Below are positions 59,500-64,000 of a stretch of DNA of 64,000 nt, piece by piece. The notes beneath the pieces were generated by a model. That model did not search any database. It saw only the letters and a program-made list of their open reading frames with translations, and had not been told where the DNA came from. The position numbers and the translations under genes are program-made. The stretch is from positions 124,001-188,000 of the IMG/VR virus record IMGVR_UViG_3300018424_000006. One strand, given 5' to 3'. Position 1 is the stretch's first letter. The number at the start of each line of letters is the position of its first letter.

Positions 59500-60082
59500 C
59501 TGGTTTTCCTATATAGTCTTGTGTGCCAGCGATAAGAACTTTAGCTTCAAAACGAGCATCGTCAAGAGCATGATGCTTTCTTCCTTCAAAAGGAATTTTG
59601 TGAGTAAGCTTTTCGCCGTGTTTGTATACATACAATCTATTGACTGTTCTTAAGGATTCTTGATTCCAGAAGAACCATGGAATAGGCATACCGACATGAG
59701 TATAAGCATTGTTTAAGATACTACAATCAAACTCTGGACCATTCCCATATACAACAACACGACTAGCGTCTCCAAAATGCTTCATTAGAAAATCAGAGAA
59801 CTCTCTAAGAGTATCTTTCAGTGTCAACCTTTCTTTTTCGCGGGTAAAGACCTCATCATAAGCTTCAGGAGAATCTTTCTTCTGCCTTCCCCAGAAACGT
59901 AATGTATCTTCGCAAGTATCACGCTCACGATTGTGCAGACATTGATGCGCTACTCGTCGATAGAACGTCCCTACCTCTTCCCCTGTTATAGGGTTAACAA
60001 TTACACAGCCTACGTTAGTAATAACTGCATTCTCTTTCTTAGAGAAAGTTTCGATATCGGCTACCGCCGCTAATTGATTCAT
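59477..60082 (-). CDS. DEDDh 3'-5' exonuclease
   Basis: DIET, GNGPEFD and HHALDDA motifs. Confidence 0.88.
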   Translation of the reverse strand: MNQLAAVADIETFSKKENAVITNVGCVIVNPITGEEVGTFYRRVAHQCLHNRERDTCEDTLRFWGRQKKDSPEAYDEVFTREKERLTLKDTLREFSDFLMKHFGDASRVVVYGNGPEFDCSILNNAYTHVGMPIPWFFWNQESLRTVNRLYVYKHGEKLTHKIPFEGRKHHALDDARFEAKVLIAGTQDYIGKPDGTARSA

Positions 60083-60117
60083 TTTAAAATCCAACAAAAA
60101 ATAAACCCACTAGACAC

Positions 60118-60486
60118 CTAAGTGCCTAGTAGAGTTGTAACATAAGTAGTTAGGAGGATGATCGGAATAGCTACTTTCAGATAGCGCTTTCTAAAACTCC
60201 GTTCATCTTCAAGAGTTCTCCGGTCCAGACCATAACTACCGATACAGGCCATGAATAAACAAAGGATTCCTAAATGCCCTAGAAGTATTATGCCCGGCAT
60301 GTTTCTTAGTACGTCGGTAATATACTCTAGACTATTGGGCCCCGTAACAATCTTTATAATGAACACAGACATTGATAGTTGAAAGAGAGCGTGGAGTAAC
60401 AGGAAGCCAAATACTCTTTTACGGTGACCAAATCCTATTCCAAGCATAAGTTGGAATAGGATTATCGTGGAAAGGTAAGCTACCAT
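60118..60486 (-). CDS. Small membrane protein (about 4 TM)
   Basis: Four hydrophobic segments. Confidence 0.6.
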   Translation of the reverse strand: MVAYLSTIILFQLMLGIGFGHRKRVFGFLLLHALFQLSMSVFIIKIVTGPNSLEYITDVLRNMPGIILLGHLGILCLFMACIGSYGLDRRTLEDERSFRKRYLKVAIPIILLTTYVTTLLGT

Positions 60487-60905
60487 TAAACTTGCATCAC
60501 TGCGATAAGAACGACGATAATAACGCGGATAGCCAAAGTCTCAATAAGCGGAATTATAAAATCTTTGTACTCGCGTAGATCATCTTTCATGTTGCGCGCT
60601 TTGATTAATATGGAATAGACAACGTCAAGTAGAACACTAATAATTAAAAGTGCGGCTACTTCGCCCAGCGCACTAGTCGCACTAAGATTAGCTAAAGCGG
60701 TAATCGCACCGCCGATCAATAACGTATAGCCGTGATCACGAATATTTGAATAGCCTAAGCGACGGACGAAGTTTTCATTTTTTGTATCAACAACTTGATC
60801 GACATACGCTTTCGTATAAGCACGATAAAGGCTAGAACGCGTCTTAGTAAAAGTCCAGACCATAACCGCTAGTAGAAATAGCGAAATAGCGAAATTAGTT
60901 TCCAT
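60486..60905 (-). CDS. Small membrane protein (about 4 TM)
   Basis: Start ATG 60905 after AAGGA; hydrophobic segments. Confidence 0.65.
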   Translation of the reverse strand: METNFAISLFLLAVMVWTFTKTRSSLYRAYTKAYVDQVVDTKNENFVRRLGYSNIRDHGYTLLIGGAITALANLSATSALGEVAALLIISVLLDVVYSILIKARNMKDDLREYKDFIIPLIETLAIRVIIVVLIAVMQV

Positions 60906-60980
60906 GATTATTTTCCTTTTGGTTGGGATAATTGAGTTATACAGGCTATAAGAAAAATAAATAAAAAAAGAAAGAGGGTA

Positions 60981-61003
60981 CTCTCTCCCACAGGGGGAGA
61001 GAG
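60981..61003 (-). terminator. Terminator-like hairpin
   Basis: CTCTCTCCC/GGGAGAGAG with a U-rich tail. Confidence 0.65.
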
Positions 61004-61021
61004 CTGGGTGCATTGACAGGG

Positions 61022-61426
61022 CTAGGCTAACTCTTCTTCCGTGAGAGTCATGTCTGCTGCCATACGACGAATAGTATCGAAGTTAGGCATCGCTGTTACC
61101 AACGAAGTCTTAACATCGATATTGTCGCCGTCTTTTGAAGCGTAGATGTCACTGGTAACGTGATCAGTGAAACGCACAGTAGTAACTACTTCATGCATAT
61201 CACTATTGATTACGCCAGCACCTACTTCAGCTGTTGCGAGGGTCGCAGCTTCAGTAAAGTTCTGAGTGAACTCCATTGCTTCGTTATATTGTTCAGGTGT
61301 CAGCGTTGCAGGTAACATACCTTGTACAACATCTTGTCCGATGTTGGCAATGCCGTTCTGATCAAAATTAATTTCGTCTTTAATTTGAGCGCTAAGTGCA
61401 GTCAAACTAGTTGGTAGTGTAGACAT
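61022..61426 (-). CDS. Hypothetical acidic protein
   Basis: 134 aa, AAGGAG RBS. Confidence 0.7.
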   Translation of the reverse strand: MSTLPTSLTALSAQIKDEINFDQNGIANIGQDVVQGMLPATLTPEQYNEAMEFTQNFTEAATLATAEVGAGVINSDMHEVVTTVRFTDHVTSDIYASKDGDNIDVKTSLVTAMPNFDTIRRMAADMTLTEEELA

Positions 61427-61535
61427 TATTTCTCCTTAATGTCAATGGGTTTTACACTCGACTAAATGCCGAGATGTTCTTTTGCCTTTTCTTCAATAAA
61501 GCTTTCGAAAGCATTACGAAGATCAGGCTTAAGTC

Positions 61536-61925
61536 TTATGCCATATACAAAACGACAGATGGTAAAACGAATACATAGCCCAATGTCATCGGGCCCATGT
61601 TACCGCCTAGCGAATTACGAATACTGACTCGAGACTTCTTATTTGTATAAAGCACGAAAGCTAAAACATGAAGAAAGATCTCGATGAACAAGACAGAGAA
61701 GATGGTTTCCAAATGCTCAGTGATCGGTTCTTGGCTAATGCTAATTAAGAACAAAACAATTAAAGAGCCCGAGGCAAATCCGAAAATTCGACGAACTTTA
61801 TTTATGCGCCTTTGTTCTGCAGGTGTATAGGGTTTGGAAATAGCCCCTACTTCTGTCTTATAAATTAGATACTGCATAATAAATATAAGTGCATAAGCAG
61901 TACCGATTAGTAAAAAAAGTTCCAT
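61536..61925 (-). CDS. Small early membrane protein
   Basis: Start ATG 61925; four hydrophobic segments. Confidence 0.6.
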   Translation of the reverse strand: MELFLLIGTAYALIFIMQYLIYKTEVGAISKPYTPAEQRRINKVRRIFGFASGSLIVLFLISISQEPITEHLETIFSVLFIEIFLHVLAFVLYTNKKSRVSIRNSLGGNMGPMTLGYVFVLPSVVLYMA

Positions 61926-61985
61926 AGTTTTATCCCCCAAAACTTATAGTAGTTTAATAGAGATTATATATCTCTACTCATTAAA

Positions 61986-61993
61986 ATAATATA
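61986..61993 (-). promoter_or_regulatory. Early promoter variant TATATTAT
   Basis: TCTAG...CAATTCTATATTAT. Confidence 0.65.
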
Positions 61994-62023
61994 GAATTGT
62001 AATTTCCTAGACAACGGCATAGT

Positions 62024-62053
62024 AAGGACTACTACCAAACGGTAGTAGTCCTT
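62024..62053 (-). terminator. Intrinsic terminator
   Basis: AAGGACTACTACC/GGTAGTAGTCCTT followed by TATGCCG. Confidence 0.8.
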
Positions 62054-62061
62054 TAAAATCT

Positions 62062-62379
62062 CTAAAAATAAGAGAGAATAAATCCTAGAAGAAATGTTAA
62101 TGCAAATGTAAGCAAGAAAATATAAGATTTATACTTCTTAGCTTTCTTTGAAATATATTCCATAGAAACGTTTCTACGTTCACTAACGGAATAGAATACA
62201 AGACCGTATGAAACGTTCAGGCTAATATTTATCCGATTAAAGATAATCACCAGCTTTCTAGTCCAGCCTTTACTTGTAAACTTATTAGACACAAACTTAG
62301 CTATTAGTAATGATAGTAAGAACCACACTATAATAGCTATTCCCATAGCAGCGCTATATAAGAGCCTCTCTTCAACCAT
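62062..62379 (-). CDS. Small membrane protein (about 3 TM)
   Basis: Hydrophobic segments with basic loops. Confidence 0.6.
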   Translation of the reverse strand: MVEERLLYSAAMGIAIIVWFLLSLLIAKFVSNKFTSKGWTRKLVIIFNRINISLNVSYGLVFYSVSERRNVSMEYISKKAKKYKSYIFLLTFALTFLLGFILSYF

Positions 62380-62416
62380 TTCCCCTTTTACTCCCTCTTT
62401 TATTTATTCTTAAAGA

Positions 62417-63178
62417 TTACCAATCCATAGAACTTGGCTTAATAAGCTGGGTCTTAGACCAGCCTAAATCATCACGAATCATCGTGGTGGTTACCAATGG
62501 ATTACTTTCCAGACCAGCGCCATCAATCAATACAGCTTGCTCGGCCATATTTAAAAGCTCTGGAGTTACTTCAAAGCTATAAGCAGATTCCAAACCAGCA
62601 GAGTCGTATTTGTTAGCGATTAGAATACCGCCATCATTAACATTATCCCAAGTAATTAATTCACGTACCTCGCGAACCAGACGGCCATTTACTGGACGCT
62701 CGCCACAGATAGTACGAACAGAGAAGCAAACGTTCTCTTCTTTATTACTTAGTTGATCAAGAAGTACATCACGCTTAACGCCTGATGGACGAACACTTGC
62801 TTCAACTAGAATAATATCACGACCTTCATGGTCTTTAGCTGCAGTAGCAGTAACGTCTTTAAAGTGGCAGATGGTATTGCGACCATCGATCATACGAAGA
62901 CGGTTAAAGTACTGAGCCATATTTTGACCCGGGGTCATTTGGGGATGCTCAACTTCTCCACGAAGACGTCCAGCGCTAATGCGCTGTTGTAAGAGAGAGC
63001 CCTGAGAGAACATATTCTTCAAATAGTTATTGAAGGTATAGAAAGTCCCGTGAGCATTATAGGCTTCAAAAGCACCTAAGTTAACTCGGTAGTAACCGTC
63101 AGCATCCGCTTTCAGTTTACCTACCTTATTAGTGCCATTTAAAACCGTTCTTTCGAATTTCATTTTTTGATCGGCCAT
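62417..63178 (-). CDS. Prohead protease (gp175-like)
   Basis: RGEVEHP (His), FSVR (Ser) and TWD (Asp) motifs; two C-terminal AGLE-S self-cleavage-type sites. Confidence 0.88.
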   Translation of the reverse strand: MADQKMKFERTVLNGTNKVGKLKADADGYYRVNLGAFEAYNAHGTFYTFNNYLKNMFSQGSLLQQRISAGRLRGEVEHPQMTPGQNMAQYFNRLRMIDGRNTICHFKDVTATAAKDHEGRDIILVEASVRPSGVKRDVLLDQLSNKEENVCFSVRTICGERPVNGRLVREVRELITWDNVNDGGILIANKYDSAGLESAYSFEVTPELLNMAEQAVLIDGAGLESNPLVTTTMIRDDLGWSKTQLIKPSSMDW

Positions 63179-63180
63179 AA

Positions 63181-63903
63181 TTATTTCCTTAATAGCTCTT
63201 CAATTTCTTCGGTTTGTTTGGCAGGGTTAAGCAGCGAGGAATTAATACCCTCACTTAAATACGCGCCAGTAAGGCGAGCCGTGGTGTTGGTTGCACCATA
63301 TGACACAGAGCGCAATGGGATAACGTCTGTTGGCATATTTATCAAATCATCTTGAGTCTTATATACTTCACGAGCATAACGAGACCGGTCACCCGGAATA
63401 CGAACGCGAGAAGCAGTAAAGATCTGAAGAATGGCAGGAGCAGAATGTAAGTTCGCGCCAGCATGTTTAACGGAACTATCAAACAACGTACCTAGATCGA
63501 CAGGTGTTAGATACCACGGAGTTTTCCCTTTAGCTACGATTTCATCGTAAACAGCGTATGCCATTTTATCATTAACCACCAAGTTCCGGTTTGGGCATAC
63601 TACCGATCCAGCTTCCCAAGATAGTTCAGCATACGGAGTTCCGTCGATAGTAACAACATTGGTTTCGTCAGGAGTAAATGGCATGACGGCTAAGGCAGAT
63701 GAAACGCCATAACTATCACCCATCACTACCGCAAAGATGGCGATGGTATTAAAGCGTTCATCAACACTACCTAACTGTGAGTCTAGGTAGTGTTTAGGGA
63801 AAAGTACCTTACAAGGAACCTTAGTGACAATCTGCCCGCCTTTCTGATTAACCCAGTTGCGGTGAATGACGTCGGGTGCTCGCTTCAAATTTGAGATATC
63901 CAC
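63181..63903 (-). CDS. Conserved protein (gp176-like)
   Basis: KGK.PWY, NTTARL.GAY and E.IEELLR motifs; upstream of the protease. Confidence 0.65.
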   Translation of the reverse strand: MDISNLKRAPDVIHRNWVNQKGGQIVTKVPCKVLFPKHYLDSQLGSVDERFNTIAIFAVVMGDSYGVSSALAVMPFTPDETNVVTIDGTPYAELSWEAGSVVCPNRNLVVNDKMAYAVYDEIVAKGKTPWYLTPVDLGTLFDSSVKHAGANLHSAPAILQIFTASRVRIPGDRSRYAREVYKTQDDLINMPTDVIPLRSVSYGATNTTARLTGAYLSEGINSSLLNPAKQTEEIEELLRK

Positions 63904-63922
63904 GAAAGGTTCCTCCTAAAGA

Positions 63923-64000
63923 TTAAAATGCTTCGCAAGAAAGCTGATCAGCAATCCAATTAGCAACTAGATCACATACTGCTAAACAAGCAGCATCGCT
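63923..64000 (-). CDS. 3' end of a conserved protein (gp177 position), partial
   Basis: Read by hand: ...SDAACLAVCDLVANWIADQLSCEAF*. Confidence 0.5.
   Translation of the reverse strand, partial: SDAACLAVCDLVANWIADQLSCEAF

Noticed and set aside
61462-61560. Coding-looking -1 frame tail (VYGIRLKPDLRNAFESFIEEKAKEHLGI) after ORF 61536..61925
   Set aside because: No start codon or canonical slippery heptamer. It may be a frameshifted remnant or a sequence error and cannot be supported.
4610-62053. Similar CTACTCC...GGAGTAG palindromes as a CRISPR array or MITE family
   Set aside because: They are dispersed, lie at gene ends, and show no regular spacers or target duplications; they are consistent with terminators.

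Overview
This window is part of a phiKZ-like (Chimalliviridae, nucleus-forming) jumbo myophage genome. It carries the conserved core blocks: a partial virion RNAP beta' subunit, an SF2 helicase, and four non-virion RNAP subunits (beta'-C, beta-C, a sigma-like gp68 homolog, and beta'-N). The beta'-N gene is split at its NAD|FDGD catalytic motif by a group I intron encoding an HNH endonuclease. Also present are the PicA/Imp1 import factor, an SbcD nuclease, chimallin, a family B DNA polymerase, PhuZ tubulin, tail tube and sheath, three virion proteins, terminase large subunit and prohead protease. Accessory genes include dUTPase, dNMP kinase, a ClpP pair, a macrodomain, a DEDDh exonuclease and small membrane proteins. 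TATATTAC early promoters and many intrinsic terminators are visible. The phiKZ gp numbers given come from remembered motifs and synteny, not from a database search. The most novel candidates are: (1) a ~430-nt highly structured intergenic RNA (39330-39766) whose loops are antisense to translation-initiation regions of several phage genes; (2) a -1 slippery site joining the gp77-like gene to the next ORF, like tail chaperones G/GT; (3) a six-gene paralog array next to PhuZ; (4) an intron guide sequence hidden in the last codons of the endonuclease; (5) an active plus inactive ClpP pair; (6) a GA-mismatch DNA hairpin beside an AT-rich tract that may be an origin. No tRNA, rRNA or CRISPR array was recognised.
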